Of a DNA stretch of 64,000 bases, positions 26,864 to 38,428 are shown in pieces. Position 1 is the first letter of the stretch. Each line of letters starts with the position of its first letter. This DNA is from a bacterium (lineage in GTDB: Bacteria > Electryoneota > Electryoneia > Electryoneales > Electryoneaceae), in assembly GCA_963675295.2 (NCBI GenBank), contig CAXXKJ010000002.1, positions 2,912,001 through 2,976,000 of the forward strand. The letters are read 5' to 3'. Made by a program: the position numbers and the translations under genes. A model generated the notes under the pieces. That model made no database searches. It saw nothing but the letters and a program-made list of their open reading frames with translations, and was not told the origin of the DNA.

Positions 26864-27772
26864 TCAGTTCTCGCGTGCTTCATCGAGCATACGCTTCATC
26901 TTTTGTACGTCCTCCCACGTCGGACGTTTCCAATTCGGGTTGCGCAACAGAGCAGCCGGATGGTACGTCACAATCAGCGGGATCCCATGATAGACAAGGT
27001 CCTGCTCACGCAGTTTGGTCAGGGATTCGTTGGTGCGGAGCAGGGTCTGTGCGGCGATCCGTCCCAGCGCGACAATCAACTTCGGTCGCAGCAACTGGAG
27101 TTGTTTCAACAGGTGCGGTTCACATTCGTGGACTTCCGAGGGCAGCGGGTCACGATTATTCGGCGGCCGGCACTTGAGAATGTTGCAGATGTAGACCCCG
27201 TCACCACGCTTCAAATCCACCGCCGCAAGAATCTGGTCCAGCAACTTGCCCGCGCGTCCAACAAAGGGCATCCCCTGCTTGTCTTCTTCCGCGCCCGGGG
27301 CTTCTCCGACCAGCACCAGGTCGGCGTTCGGATCACCGACTCCGAAAACGAAATGTTGCCGTGTCGCGCCCAGCGGACACTTCTGGCAGCCCTGAATTGC
27401 CTGGTTGAACTCGTCCAATTCGGTGTAATCCGGGAACGGATCGGTAAGTGTGAACACGTCCTCTGCGGCGGAATAGTCCGGGTCCGGCGCACCTCGTTCC
27501 CACTGCGACGAAGCCGTCGCGGCTGCCGGTTGGGTTTGCGGCTGCGGTGCTGGACTGGCGGGCTGCGGTTTCGGAGCCGGTTTGGTGGACGCCGCCGGTT
27601 GGGTTTGCCGTTCTGGCGTTGGTTGTGTTTCCGGTGGTTTGGACTGAGATTCGCTGCTGGAGGTACGTTCCATCCGTGTCACTCCCTCTGCTGGCGCGGC
27701 CCAGAGAGTTGACCCGTTCTCGGCTTGTTGTGCGAGGTAACGCTGGAAATCCCGCTTCAGTCCGTCTTCCAT
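26864..27772 (-). CDS. family 4 uracil-DNA glycosylase with Pro/Gln-rich N-terminus
   Basis: [33 protein letters not shown]. Confidence 0.95.
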   Translation of the reverse strand: MEDGLKRDFQRYLAQQAENGSTLWAAPAEGVTRMERTSSSESQSKPPETQPTPERQTQPAASTKPAPKPQPASPAPQPQTQPAAATASSQWERGAPDPDYSAAEDVFTLTDPFPDYTELDEFNQAIQGCQKCPLGATRQHFVFGVGDPNADLVLVGEAPGAEEDKQGMPFVGRAGKLLDQILAAVDLKRGDGVYICNILKCRPPNNRDPLPSEVHECEPHLLKQLQLLRPKLIVALGRIAAQTLLRTNESLTKLREQDLVYHGIPLIVTYHPAALLRNPNWKRPTWEDVQKMKRMLDEAREN

Positions 27773-27885
27773 GGGTGGTAACGCAACAGTTGTGTTTGAA
27801 ATGGGTTAGCTGAGGAATATACGACCCCAGCGATCAGCGTGCGTCACAGGGGATGGATGGAAATGGAAAAAAGATGACGCTCGGC

Positions 27886-29124
27886 TCACCCGCGCTTCAT
27901 TCGCTCAAGAACTTGCTGCCACACACGTTCCGCGAGCTCTCGCTTGCCGCCAGACCCGAGCTCGATGCTCTCGTCAGCCGTAACCCAGGTCAACGCTCCC
28001 TCGTGCGCTCCGATGTTCGTCTCGCGGTTGAACAGGATCGCGTCGAGGGATTTCCTCTTGAGCTTCTCGTGTGCATGATCGAGCGCGTCCGACACTTCAA
28101 GCGCAAACCCGATCGCCAGTCCTTTAACCGACTTCGCCGTATTTGCGGCGATATCCGGATTTTCAACCAGCTCGATGCTGAACGAGTCGCTGTCCTGTTC
28201 CGTGCGCTTGAATTTGCCGTCAAACGTTTGCGCCGGACGCCAGTCCGACACAGCGGCAACGTAAAACGCGACATCCGCCTTTCCGGCGTGCTGCTGCACC
28301 GCGTCCAGCATCTGCAGCGCGGTCGGAGCATGAATCGCGGTCGCGTTGGCCGGCGGCGCGACGTCCATCCCGCCGTGCACGAAGATCACTTCCGCGCCCT
28401 GCCGGAATGCTTCGTCGGCGATGGCGGCGCCCATCCGTCCGCTGGACCGGTTGGTCAGTACCCGCACCTTGTCAATCGGTTCCTCGGTACGGCCGGCGGT
28501 GATCAGCACGGTTTTCCCGGCGAGCGGTTTGTTGCTAAGGAAATGGTCCACAATCCACGCGTCGATCTCGTCCGGCTCACTCATCCGGCCTTCGCCGGAT
28601 TTTTCGCCCGGCGCTGCCATCTCTCCAACGTTCGGACCGATACGGAAGACGCCGCGTTCTTCAAGCGCCAGGATATTGTCCTGTGTCGCGGGATTGGTCC
28701 ACATTGTCGGATTCATCGCCGGAGCGACCAGGATCGGACAGGTCGCGGCGAGCAACGCGGTGGATACCAGATCATCGGCGATGCCATGCCGCATCTTCGC
28801 CAGCATGTTCGCGGTTGCGGGGACGACGACAATCAGTTCCGCCCAATGGGGCAGTTCGAGATGATCGACCTGCGGTTCACCGCTGTTCGACCACATCGAC
28901 GTACTCACCCGCTGGCCGGTAATCGCGGCGAAGGTGGTGGGTTGGACAAAACGGGCCGCGGAGTCGGTCATCATCACCCGAACAGACGCGCCCCGTTTCA
29001 ACAGACGGCGGACCAGGTCAACGGTCTTGTAGGCGGCGATGCCGCCGGTGACCGCGACTAAAATGCGCCGAGACTGGAGATCCCGGCGCATGATGGATTC
29101 GTTGTCGGAATCTTGACTAGTCAT
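27886..29124 (-). CDS. coaBC: phosphopantothenoylcysteine decarboxylase/ligase CoaBC
   Basis: VTGGIAAYK, PAMNPTMW, ITAG.T.E.ID.VR...NRSSGRMG. Confidence 0.96.
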   Translation of the reverse strand: MTSQDSDNESIMRRDLQSRRILVAVTGGIAAYKTVDLVRRLLKRGASVRVMMTDSAARFVQPTTFAAITGQRVSTSMWSNSGEPQVDHLELPHWAELIVVVPATANMLAKMRHGIADDLVSTALLAATCPILVAPAMNPTMWTNPATQDNILALEERGVFRIGPNVGEMAAPGEKSGEGRMSEPDEIDAWIVDHFLSNKPLAGKTVLITAGRTEEPIDKVRVLTNRSSGRMGAAIADEAFRQGAEVIFVHGGMDVAPPANATAIHAPTALQMLDAVQQHAGKADVAFYVAAVSDWRPAQTFDGKFKRTEQDSDSFSIELVENPDIAANTAKSVKGLAIGFALEVSDALDHAHEKLKRKSLDAILFNRETNIGAHEGALTWVTADESIELGSGGKRELAERVWQQVLERMKRG

Positions 29125-29557
29125 CGAGATTCAGTTTGGATGGGAACGAAATCGGACTGTCGCCCGCACCCTTCTCCTCGTCATCATCAGCGGCGGACAG
29201 ATCGAGCTTGCCGGGCATTTCCATCCCGGTCTCAACCATTTCCACCACTTCGACCGGCTTCTGCGATTCCGGGTACTTGACTTCGAGCTTGTCGGAAATC
29301 ATCTCACGCAGCGCCAATACACTCGGCTTTTCGAACTGCAAGACCGGTTCGGAACGCATCATCGCGATGTCATCCAACGGACTCTCTTCTTCTTCCATCG
29401 CATCTTCGAGCATCCCGACCTGGGTCAGGTAAGCGTCCATTTCCTTGCGCTGCGCTTCGGCGAGCTGGCGTGCGCGCCGCGCGACCGCAACAATGGTTTC
29501 GTAAATGCCGCCACCACGGGCGTAAAAGTCTTCAGCAAGGAACATCTCGTGCGACAT
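29117..29557 (-). CDS. rpoZ: RNA polymerase omega subunit
   Basis: YE..VAVARRARQL...KPSVLALRE; between gmk and coaBC. Confidence 0.8.
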   Translation of the reverse strand: MSHEMFLAEDFYARGGGIYETIVAVARRARQLAEAQRKEMDAYLTQVGMLEDAMEEEESPLDDIAMMRSEPVLQFEKPSVLALREMISDKLEVKYPESQKPVEVVEMVETGMEMPGKLDLSAADDDEEKGAGDSPISFPSKLNLDD

Positions 29558-29602
29558 GCAACAACCTCCACTGGGGCGTTCTACACTCTGGATCGGGAAA
29601 GC

Positions 29603-30184
29603 TTACTGTTGCTTGCGGGCTTCGTTCACCGCGGTCACGGTTTCGCTGACGGCCTGCTTCAGGTCGTCATTCACGATAATCCGGTCGAACTGATCCGCCT
29701 TCTCACGTTCCATATCGTACCGTGTCAAGCGGCGTTCGATCTCATCCAGATCCTCGCGTCCACGCGCGAGCAATCGTTCGCGAAGCACTTCCCGGCCAAG
29801 CACGTCAATATAAAGGAGGAAAGCGTCCGGAAAAAGGCGTTTCAGCGACAGAGCTCCGAGCACATCGAGATCGAAGATGACATCGGTGCCGGCCTCCAGC
29901 AGCGGCCGGACACGGGATGCGCGTGTGCCATAGAGTTGGCCGTGCACATTCTCGTACTCGATAAAATCGCCCTCATCGATCGCCTGCTGGAACTGGTCGT
30001 GCGTCAGGAAATCGTAATCGACTCCGTCCACTTCGCCCTTGCGCTGCGAGCGAGTTGTCGATGACACGGAGAATACCAGCCCCTCAACCTGCTTCATCAT
30101 CTCGTGAATGATGGTCGTCTTCCCCGCCCCGGATGGTGCGGAGAACACAATCGGCCGTCCCCGCCGGGACCCGTCATGCGACAT
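29603..30184 (-). CDS. gmk: guanylate kinase
   Basis: SAPSGAGKTT, SVSSTTR..R.GEVDGVDY.F, YGT. Confidence 0.96.
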   Translation of the reverse strand: MSHDGSRRGRPIVFSAPSGAGKTTIIHEMMKQVEGLVFSVSSTTRSQRKGEVDGVDYDFLTHDQFQQAIDEGDFIEYENVHGQLYGTRASRVRPLLEAGTDVIFDLDVLGALSLKRLFPDAFLLYIDVLGREVLRERLLARGREDLDEIERRLTRYDMEREKADQFDRIIVNDDLKQAVSETVTAVNEARKQQ

Positions 30185-31052
30185 TCTGTACCTGCTCCCG
30201 CAGCTTTTCCAGTTCTTCCTTGGCTTCCACGACATGCGTCGAGATCTCGGCGTCGAGGACTTTCGAGCCGGTAGTGTTCACCTCGCGGTTCATCTCCTGC
30301 AGGATGAAGTTCAGCCGCTTGCCAACCAGGCCGCCTTTCTTCAACGCCTGGCGGAACAGATCTACATGACTGGCGAGACGAACCAGTTCCTCGGTGATGT
30401 CGATCCGATCCACGAGGTACGCCACTTCCTGCTCGAGCCGGCCATCATCCACCTTGTCGGAGTCGATGAAGCGCTCGATGCGTTCGCGGACACGCTCCAA
30501 AGCAAGGTCGCGGTTTTCGACGGCACGGGTCTTGATCAACTCGGCCAGTTCTTCCATCCGGGTGAGCCGTTGCTGGAAATCCTTTTCCAGATTTGCCCCT
30601 TCCGCCTCGGCCATTTCTTCGAAATGGGTGATGGCTTCCTCAACACCGCGCAGCACCAGCTTCTGCCGCTTCTCGGCGATTTCTTCGCTTTCGCTGCCGG
30701 AGAGCATGTTGAGGTTGAACGCGATATCGCGGGTGGTGACATCATGCGCGATGTTGGTACGCTTGGCGATTTCACGCAGCGATTCGACGAGCGCCTCGGC
30801 AGCGCCCATGTCGATTTCGAGACGCGACCGCTGCACATCTTCCCGCGGTTCTTCGACGAACACGTTCACCTTGCCACGTTCGATGCGGTTCTTCACCGCC
30901 GCGCGGATTTCGGAATCCAGCGTCAGCAGGGTGCGCGGCATGCGGGTGGAAATATCGAGAAAGCGATTGTTGACACTGCGAACTTCGACGCTGTAGCGAA
31001 GTCCGTCATCGTCGACTTCGGCACGTCCAAAGGCGGTGAGGCTGCGAATCAT
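30174..31052 (-). CDS. yicC: YicC/YloC family endoribonuclease
   Basis: MIRSLTAFGR, EVRSVNNRFLD, GKRLNFILQEMNREVNT.GSK, EKLREQVQN. Confidence 0.95.
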   Translation of the reverse strand: MIRSLTAFGRAEVDDDGLRYSVEVRSVNNRFLDISTRMPRTLLTLDSEIRAAVKNRIERGKVNVFVEEPREDVQRSRLEIDMGAAEALVESLREIAKRTNIAHDVTTRDIAFNLNMLSGSESEEIAEKRQKLVLRGVEEAITHFEEMAEAEGANLEKDFQQRLTRMEELAELIKTRAVENRDLALERVRERIERFIDSDKVDDGRLEQEVAYLVDRIDITEELVRLASHVDLFRQALKKGGLVGKRLNFILQEMNREVNTTGSKVLDAEISTHVVEAKEELEKLREQVQNVA

Positions 31053-31305
31053 CGGTAATGCTCCCTGTCCCGTTCTAGAGTGAGAAGAATCAAGTATAGT
31101 TTCGAGGTTGTACGAAAATGGAAAATCCACCTCCGCGAGACGTTGTGAAAGTTCTGTGTTTCGCTTGCTCAACCGTCGCGCAGACACCACTTTACGAGTA
31201 CACGCCTTACACGTTCATCCCGGCGCGAGGGATTTGAACTTCTGACACGACGTATCTTGCGACCTCCGCAGCTTCCCCAGCGTCGGCCACAACGCGGGAG
31301 ACGTC

Positions 31306-33405
31306 ATGTCCACCTCTGACGCAACCGGTTCCACCCTCAACACACGCAACCGTCTGGCACGTGAAGCCAGCGCTTACCTCCGGCAACATGCGAAAAACCC
31401 GGTGGACTGGTATCCATGGGGCGAGGAGGCGATCCGCCGGGCCCGGCGTGAAGATAAGCCAATCTTCGTCTCCATCGGCTATGCATCCTGTCACTGGTGC
31501 CATGTGATGGAGCGCGAAGTGTTCGACAATGAAGAAATCGCCGCCTACCTCAACGAACATTTCATCTGCATCAAGATCGACCGCGAGGAACGACCCGATC
31601 TTGACCGGATTTACATGGAGGCGGTGCAGTTGATGACCCGTGGCGGCGGGTGGCCGTTGAGTGTGTGGTTGACGCCGGAACTGCAACCGTTTTTCGGTGG
31701 CACCTACTACCCACCGGATTCGTTTTACAACCTGCTGCAACGCTTGCATTTCGCCTGGGACGAGAACCGCGACCAGATCGACGAAACCGCGGAGCAGTTG
31801 CAAGCCTACATTTCGCGCAATCCAATGAGCGCCAATCCTGAATCGTTCACGATGTACAACGTGAAGGAGATCGGTGAAACCGCGCTGAAGATGATGGACA
31901 ACTTGTACGGCGGATTTCAGGGTGGGATGAAATTTCCGGTACCGCTGCGTTGGCAGTTCCTGCTTCATCTTTATCGTGCCACGGGAGATAAACGGTACTC
32001 GAAAGCCGTCCGCGACGCCCTGGTCGCGATGGCGTCCGGCGGGTTGCAGGACCACATCGGTGGTGGATTTCACCGCTACACGACGGATGCGTCGTGGACC
32101 GTGCCCCACTTCGAAAAAATGCTGTACGACAACGCGCAGCTTGCGTCACTGTACCTCGAAATGGCGGCGGTGTGCGACGACAAGGCGCTATACAGCCGTG
32201 TTGCCAAACGTACACTCAACTTCCTGCTCAACGAGATGTACGATGAAGAACTGGGCGGTTTTTTTGCCAGTTTCGATGCTGACAGCGGTGGCGCGGAGGG
32301 ATCGTTCTACGTCTGGACACCGGCGGAGATCAAGGCGGTTGTCGGGCCGAAGGATGCAGAAGCGTTGTGTATGCTGTTCGGCGTTACCGAGGAAGGCAAT
32401 TTCGACGGCAACCGGACCGTACTGACGCGGCGCTATCCATACGAGGATGTCGTTGCCCGCACCGGCCGCCCGCTGGAAGAACTTAAAGCATTGGTTGAAG
32501 AACACCGTAAGCCGTTGTATTACGCCCGTTCACGCCGGATCCCGCCAACTCTGGACAAGAAGATCGTCACCTCGTGGAACGCGCTGGCGGTCTCGGCGAT
32601 GGTCCAGGGCTACCGTTATTTTGGCGACGAACGTTACCTCAACGCCGCGGAGAAAACCGTCGCCTTCCTGCGCAAGCACCATTGGCATGACCGCGCGCTG
32701 GTCCGTGCATCTACAGAGGGCACGACCGCTGGGGATGGCATTCTCGATGACTACGCATTCCTCGCCAACGCACTGATCGACCTGTTCCAGGCCACCGGCA
32801 ACGCCGATCATGTTGTCTGGGCGGACGAACTTACCGGCATCATGCAACGGCGGTTCCGGCATGAATCAGCCGGCTTCTACCACACCTCGCGCAATACCGA
32901 AGCCCCGCTCGGGCGTCAGGTTGAAATCCTCGACAACGTGGAACCGAGCGGCTTGTCGATGGCATTGCACGTGTTGCTGCGGATGGCGGCACTGCAGTCT
33001 GACCAAACTTATACTGAACAAGTGAGTACAGATATTGAAGCGTTCGCGCAAATTATCAAGAAAGCTGGACTGGATATGGCGGGCTGGGTCGATGCTGCCC
33101 TGTTGCTACTGAACCCGATGTATGAGCTGGTCATCGTCCGGCCGATTGAAACGACCGCTGAACTCCCGAAACGGTCGGCACTTCGACAAAGTGTGGACGA
33201 GCTTTTACCACCGTATGTACAGGTCATTCCGCTGGAGGATGATCTTCCAACCCCTGACATGATGAACCTGCTCCCCGGGATTGGGGATAAACCCGCTCTG
33301 GATGGACAGATTACCGGGTACGTTTGTCAGTTTGGACAGTGCAATGCGCCGACATCATCCATTGACCAACTTACGCAACAACTTCTGGCCGAGTGGAAGA
33401 AATAA
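31306..33405 (+). CDS. thioredoxin-domain protein, YyaL/SSP411 family
   Basis: [45 protein letters not shown]. Confidence 0.95.
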   Translation: MSTSDATGSTLNTRNRLAREASAYLRQHAKNPVDWYPWGEEAIRRARREDKPIFVSIGYASCHWCHVMEREVFDNEEIAAYLNEHFICIKIDREERPDLDRIYMEAVQLMTRGGGWPLSVWLTPELQPFFGGTYYPPDSFYNLLQRLHFAWDENRDQIDETAEQLQAYISRNPMSANPESFTMYNVKEIGETALKMMDNLYGGFQGGMKFPVPLRWQFLLHLYRATGDKRYSKAVRDALVAMASGGLQDHIGGGFHRYTTDASWTVPHFEKMLYDNAQLASLYLEMAAVCDDKALYSRVAKRTLNFLLNEMYDEELGGFFASFDADSGGAEGSFYVWTPAEIKAVVGPKDAEALCMLFGVTEEGNFDGNRTVLTRRYPYEDVVARTGRPLEELKALVEEHRKPLYYARSRRIPPTLDKKIVTSWNALAVSAMVQGYRYFGDERYLNAAEKTVAFLRKHHWHDRALVRASTEGTTAGDGILDDYAFLANALIDLFQATGNADHVVWADELTGIMQRRFRHESAGFYHTSRNTEAPLGRQVEILDNVEPSGLSMALHVLLRMAALQSDQTYTEQVSTDIEAFAQIIKKAGLDMAGWVDAALLLLNPMYELVIVRPIETTAELPKRSALRQSVDELLPPYVQVIPLEDDLPTPDMMNLLPGIGDKPALDGQITGYVCQFGQCNAPTSSIDQLTQQLLAEWKK

Positions 33406-33437
33406 AAATGAGTTCGCTCCCGCTAAACGTACGGAAT

Positions 33438-33472
33438 CGGCTCCCCTGGAGCCGTTTTCTTTTTGTCTTTTT
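33438..33472 (+). terminator. intrinsic terminator after the YyaL-like gene
   Basis: CGGCTCC-CCT-GGAGCCG followed by a long T-rich tract. Confidence 0.7.
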
Positions 33473-33719
33473 CTGGACTATTTATCAAATGAAGGTCAGT
33501 ATTATCAAAATTTTGCATAAACGCATGAGAAGCATCAGTGTACTATTATACGAGAACATCACAAATTCCCAGATTCGCCATTTTTCGTTTTAAATCGTGT
33601 TATCTTTTTCAAAGATGGTGATCGTGCTCCAAAGGGGGGTCTGCACGAAAGCCCGGGGGATTTCCATAGTCCACAGCTTCCAGGTGTAATTCGGAAGCAT
33701 TCCGGGAGGGACCGCACCA

Positions 33720-35996
33720 ATGAAGCGTAGCGTCAACACGAAACTTCTCGCCTCTGTCTTCATCGCGTTGATTACGGCGATGGGACTCTCAATGTCGATC
33801 CTGTTCAGTGTCCAGCATAACCGTGAAGTACAGGCAGCCGAAAACGAAGTCCTTTCGGTATCGAAGATGCTGGTTCACTCGCTGGAATTCGCGATGAATG
33901 AGGGAATCTTTGAGTTCGAGGATTTCCAGAAGGAAGCGGAGACGACGGGTAACACGCGCGAGTTACGCATCCTCCCCACCGATGTAATTGAATCAGGTGC
34001 GAATGCCAGGTTGGACGACTTCGAGCTGGCCAGTTTTAAAACAGCCGATATTCAAATTACTCAAGAAGAGTTTGAAGGGGAATCGGTGGTCCGTGTCGCG
34101 ACGCCAATGATAGCCACCGCGAGCTGCATTGATTGTCATGGGGGCAATGTTGGCGATGTCTTGTCGGTGGTCAGCATCCGTTCATCAATTGATGAGAACA
34201 TGCACTCACTGGCCGCCTTCCAGGTGAAGGCCGGCTTGATGATTATCGGCGCGATCGTGCTTACGCTGGTGCTGATTTATTTCCTCGTCCGGCATTCAAT
34301 CGTTCGCAAGTTGAAGAATCTGGTGTCCTTCTCGAATGACCTGACGCGTGGCGATCTGACGACCACAATGCAGGAATATGGTGAGGACGAAGTCGGCGAG
34401 GTTGCCAGTTCGCTGGCATCCATTCATGACATGTTGAAGACCAAGGCGGCCGAAGCCGATTCCATTGCCAACGGGGATTTGTCCATCAAGATCAAGGTGC
34501 TGTCGGAACAGGACGAACTCGGCTATGCAATGCGTCGTGTCTCGGCAAACCTGTTGCAGATGCGTGATGAGCTGGCTGATACCATCGAACAACAGATAGC
34601 CGGCAATCTCGACAGCCGTTGCCGGACCGAGATTGTGGCGGGAACGTATCGTGAACTGATGGAGGGCATCAATCGAGTCATTGACGCGATCGTCGCGCCG
34701 ATGATGCGTGCGGTGACCCTGCTGTCGCAATACGCCGAAGGTGATTTCCGCAAGAAAATGGACGACCTGCCAGGCAAGCAGATCGAATTTACCCGTGCGT
34801 TAAACACGATCAACGAAAACCTCACCGAACTCTGTGGCGAGGGGATGCGCTTCATCAACGCGACGCGGAATGGTGAGTTGGGCCTCGAATTCGAGAATGA
34901 CCGGTTCCACGGAACGTACCGTCAGATCGTGCAGGGCTTCAGCGAGGGTCTGGCAAACCTGAAGGCGCCGATCCGTCAGACGATTCACGTGCTGGAAGCT
35001 CTCGCCCAGGGCGATCTGACGGAATCGACGGATGGAGATTTCGTGGGCGAGTATGCGATTCTGAACGATTCGCTCACCGCGACGCTGGACTCGTTGAATG
35101 AGATGATGGTGCTTGTGGCGCAGAGTGTGGAGTCGGTAACGGTCAGTTCGGATCAGGTGTCAACGTCCAGCCAGTCGATGAGTGCCGGCGCGACGCAGCA
35201 GGCGTCCAGTCTGGAAGAGATCAACGCGGCGATGGTCGAGCTGGATGCGCAAACGAAGGAGAACACGACCAACGCGACCGAGGTACGCCGTTTAAGCACA
35301 CAGGCCCTGCAGTCTGCGAAGACCGGCGATGAGCAGATGGAGAGTATGCTCGTGGCGATGAAGGACATCACCGACGATTCGCAGAAGGTGCAGCGGATCA
35401 TCAAGATCATTGACGAAATCGCGTTCCAGACAAACCTGCTGGCATTGAACGCGGCTGTCGAAGCAGCGCGGGCGGGTGTTCACGGACGCGGCTTTGCGGT
35501 CGTGGCGGAAGAGGTTCGCAATCTCGCGCAACGGTCGGCCAAGGCTGCTGCAGAAACGAACGATATTATCGAAGGCAATCTGGCCAGCGTGACCCGTGGG
35601 TCGGACATCGCCCAGAACACCGCTGGTTCGTTGAAAGAGATCATCGAGAGCATCAGTGATGTTGCCGATCTGGTCAACGGTATCGCAAAGTCCAGTGAGG
35701 AACAGACGAACGTGACTCATGACATCAGTTCATCGCTGAACCAGATCGATAATGTCACGCAATCAAACGCCGCGGTTGCAGAGGAAACCGCTGCTGCCGC
35801 CGAGGAACTGCACTCGCAGATCACGACGTTGCAGGGCATGTTGGAACGGTTCTCCCTGCGGGATGATGATCCTGCAGCATCCGCAAGCAAGCGCAGCGGG
35901 TCAGCAGGCCAGTTCAGCAACGGAAACGGCCATGTGAACGGCCAACGCGATGATGACTTTGAGTTGGAAGATATCAGCCTGTCGGATTTTGACTGA
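33720..35996 (+). CDS. methyl-accepting chemotaxis protein with periplasmic CxxCH (heme c) sensor and multiple HAMP domains
   Basis: two TMs flanking SCIDCHG; [23 protein letters not shown] signalling tip. Confidence 0.95.
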   Translation: MKRSVNTKLLASVFIALITAMGLSMSILFSVQHNREVQAAENEVLSVSKMLVHSLEFAMNEGIFEFEDFQKEAETTGNTRELRILPTDVIESGANARLDDFELASFKTADIQITQEEFEGESVVRVATPMIATASCIDCHGGNVGDVLSVVSIRSSIDENMHSLAAFQVKAGLMIIGAIVLTLVLIYFLVRHSIVRKLKNLVSFSNDLTRGDLTTTMQEYGEDEVGEVASSLASIHDMLKTKAAEADSIANGDLSIKIKVLSEQDELGYAMRRVSANLLQMRDELADTIEQQIAGNLDSRCRTEIVAGTYRELMEGINRVIDAIVAPMMRAVTLLSQYAEGDFRKKMDDLPGKQIEFTRALNTINENLTELCGEGMRFINATRNGELGLEFENDRFHGTYRQIVQGFSEGLANLKAPIRQTIHVLEALAQGDLTESTDGDFVGEYAILNDSLTATLDSLNEMMVLVAQSVESVTVSSDQVSTSSQSMSAGATQQASSLEEINAAMVELDAQTKENTTNATEVRRLSTQALQSAKTGDEQMESMLVAMKDITDDSQKVQRIIKIIDEIAFQTNLLALNAAVEAARAGVHGRGFAVVAEEVRNLAQRSAKAAAETNDIIEGNLASVTRGSDIAQNTAGSLKEIIESISDVADLVNGIAKSSEEQTNVTHDISSSLNQIDNVTQSNAAVAEETAAAAEELHSQITTLQGMLERFSLRDDDPAASASKRSGSAGQFSNGNGHVNGQRDDDFELEDISLSDFD

Positions 35997-36027
35997 TCTG
36001 ACTTTGATAGGATAGTGCACCACGCAA

Positions 36028-36060
36028 AACGTCCGGCCAAATTCAGGCCGGACGTTCTTT
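36028..36060. terminator. terminator between convergent MCP and cls
   Basis: AACGTCCGGCC-N7-GGCCGGACGTT flanked by A and T runs. Confidence 0.7.
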
Positions 36061-36091
36061 CTCACCCTGCATGCATGTTGACACAAAGCGG

Positions 36092-37606
36092 TTACAGGAA
36101 CGGGCTCAGCATCTTCGCCGCATTCTGCACCACTTTCTTGATCAATGGACGGCTCGACCAGATCTCGTTGCTCACCCGGTCGCAATGCTGGAGTAGGCTG
36201 TTCTGGTAGTCGCGGATCCCGGTGACTGATATCCTGCCGTAGAGAACAAGCGTGAGTTCATAATTCAGCTCGAACGAGCGAATATCGAAGTTTCCTGTGC
36301 TGACGAACGCGAGCCGGTCGTCGACGGTCAGGCTCTTGGCGTGCAGCAGATCATTCCGGTATTGCTGAATCTCGACGCCCATGTCGAGCAGCTCACGGAA
36401 GTAGGCGTGTGAGGCCATATCCACGAACGAGTGGTTTGAATGTCCTGGTACGATCAAGGTGACCTTGACGTCCCGCAGGATCGCCGACCGCAACGAGTTC
36501 AGGATCGTCATGTTCGGCACCAGGTAGGGCGTCGTCAGCACCACACTTTCCTTTGCTTGGTGTAACGCGGCGAGGATGGCCTGCAGGAAGTTGAGTTGAT
36601 CATAATTCGGCCCGCTGGGCAGCACTTGCACCGGAATGGTTGCCGAACCGTCAAATTCCGGGAACAGGTTATCCTGCTGCAGATCCTCACGGGTTTCAGC
36701 GTTCCAGTCCTGAACGAACACGGTTTGCAGCTGATTAACCACCGGACCGGTCACCCGCACCATCATGTCGAGCCAGTGCAGCTTTCCGTTGGTGTTGTAG
36801 TCTGTGTCGACGGCGTTCATCGAGCCGGTCCACGCCGTGTGGCCGTCCACGATCACCAGCTTGCGGTGGTTGCGCAGGTCCATGCGCACATATTGCCGCA
36901 GCTTCGGTCTCATCGGGAAGAAGTTGTGGAATTCGATTCCGGCAGCCAGCATCCGTTCCTCCATCTCGCCGATGAACGGCGCCGACCCGCTGGCGTCCAC
37001 CAGCACCCGGACGGCTACTCCCCTCTCCACCGCCCGGCTTAGTGCACGGGCCAGGCGTTTGCCGGTCTCGTCCTCCGCGAAGATGTAGAACAGGACGTGG
37101 ACGTAGTGGGTGGCGCTATCGATGTCCGCAACCATCCGATCGACGATGACCGGATGCAGATCCAGACTCTCGACGCTTCCCGCTGCGGTTACCGGTAAGC
37201 CGCCGAGATTCTCCACCAATCTCGCGAAGGGCACGAGATCCGGCGGGCATTCGGCATGTGGGTTCGGTTCAAGCTTGCGTAGCTCGTCCAGAATGATCCG
37301 GAACCGGCGTTGCAGGCGTTTGTGCTGCTCCTGGTAGGCTTTCGGCAGCTTGTTGTTGCCAAAGGTGAGAAACAGCGGCAGCCCAAGCCATGGCATGAAC
37401 AGGATGGTCAGCACCCACGCCAGGAGCGAGGACGCTTCCCGCCGATGCCGCACGAGCAGGATCGCCAGCGACACGATACGCATCACCCAGCGCGCGGCGA
37501 GATACAATACCGACGGAACCGCCGGAAACTGTAACTGCCGCAATTGCGCCGCTGTCGGGGCTTGTACCCGTTTCCACGGCCACAACCATTTCACAAGCCT
37601 GCTCAT
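36092..37606 (-). CDS. cls: cardiolipin synthase
   Basis: PLDc_N TM region; two HKD motifs (NHRKLVIVDG, LHAKSLTVDD). Confidence 0.93.
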   Translation of the reverse strand: MSRLVKWLWPWKRVQAPTAAQLRQLQFPAVPSVLYLAARWVMRIVSLAILLVRHRREASSLLAWVLTILFMPWLGLPLFLTFGNNKLPKAYQEQHKRLQRRFRIILDELRKLEPNPHAECPPDLVPFARLVENLGGLPVTAAGSVESLDLHPVIVDRMVADIDSATHYVHVLFYIFAEDETGKRLARALSRAVERGVAVRVLVDASGSAPFIGEMEERMLAAGIEFHNFFPMRPKLRQYVRMDLRNHRKLVIVDGHTAWTGSMNAVDTDYNTNGKLHWLDMMVRVTGPVVNQLQTVFVQDWNAETREDLQQDNLFPEFDGSATIPVQVLPSGPNYDQLNFLQAILAALHQAKESVVLTTPYLVPNMTILNSLRSAILRDVKVTLIVPGHSNHSFVDMASHAYFRELLDMGVEIQQYRNDLLHAKSLTVDDRLAFVSTGNFDIRSFELNYELTLVLYGRISVTGIRDYQNSLLQHCDRVSNEIWSSRPLIKKVVQNAAKMLSPFL

Positions 37607-37676
37607 TCACCTCTCCGCAACCGTCGCCAACCAGGTTTTTGTCTGGCAAACGTACTCCAGCTTTGTGAGACAACAA

Positions 37677-38234
37677 TTACACGTGCCGGATGATTTCATC
37701 GGCGGCTTTGCGTGTGCGTGGCTTATCGTCCAAGCCCTTGTAGACATCCGGAACGTGGGAGTCGTCGGGATTACGCTTGCCGATGGCGACCATCACGATG
37801 GGCTCGTCATCGTCGTCAAGGCCGAAATCGTCACGAATCATGTCCGGCTTCCATCCGGCCATCGGTCTGGCGACGAGGTCATGCGCGGTAGCTTCGAGCA
37901 TCAGGTTCATCGTCGCCATGCCGGTATCGAAATGATAGTACTCTCTTCCGTCTCCCGGCTGGCAATCATTTTGCGCTTTCGCGTATCCAATTACCAATAA
38001 TGGAGCAGTGATCGCCCAGCCGCGGTTTCCGCCGGTAAGCGCTTCGCGTGCCTTTTCCAGTCCTTCTTCGGATTGCACGAAAAGGTAGCGCCAGGGCTGC
38101 TTGTTCATGCAGGACGGGGTCAGCCGGATCGCTTCGATCAGCGAGTTCACGGTGTCCTGCGGGAGTGGATCAGGCAGGATCGCGCGGGTGGCGTAACGGT
38201 CGTTGAGTAGTCTCAGGAGAGGACTTTCAGGCAT
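37677..38234 (-). CDS. nitroreductase family protein
   Basis: RYATR, TPSCMNKQPWRY, FDTGMATMNLMLEA; GGAGG upstream of ATG at 38234. Confidence 0.92.
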   Translation of the reverse strand: MPESPLLRLLNDRYATRAILPDPLPQDTVNSLIEAIRLTPSCMNKQPWRYLFVQSEEGLEKAREALTGGNRGWAITAPLLVIGYAKAQNDCQPGDGREYYHFDTGMATMNLMLEATAHDLVARPMAGWKPDMIRDDFGLDDDDEPIVMVAIGKRNPDDSHVPDVYKGLDDKPRTRKAADEIIRHV

Positions 38235-38428
38235 GGTAGCCTCCATTATGCGTTTTTGTTAACATGACCTAAATCTACATTGTCTTACAACTTAATCACC
38301 ATGCGGGTTTCACGGTCCGGGGCCCACTTGGAGGACTACTTGATTAATCACGGGTCAGCCGTTACTTTCTCAGCCTGCAAATCCGCCGTACAAGCCAGAT
38401 AGCATTCACATACCGAGGGCATTCGAAC

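Noticed and set aside
33473-33719. AT-rich region upstream of the MCP as a c-di-GMP riboswitch or sigma28 promoter
   Set aside because: No convincing GEMM core or TAAA-N15-GCCGATAA match by eye; needs a covariance-model search.
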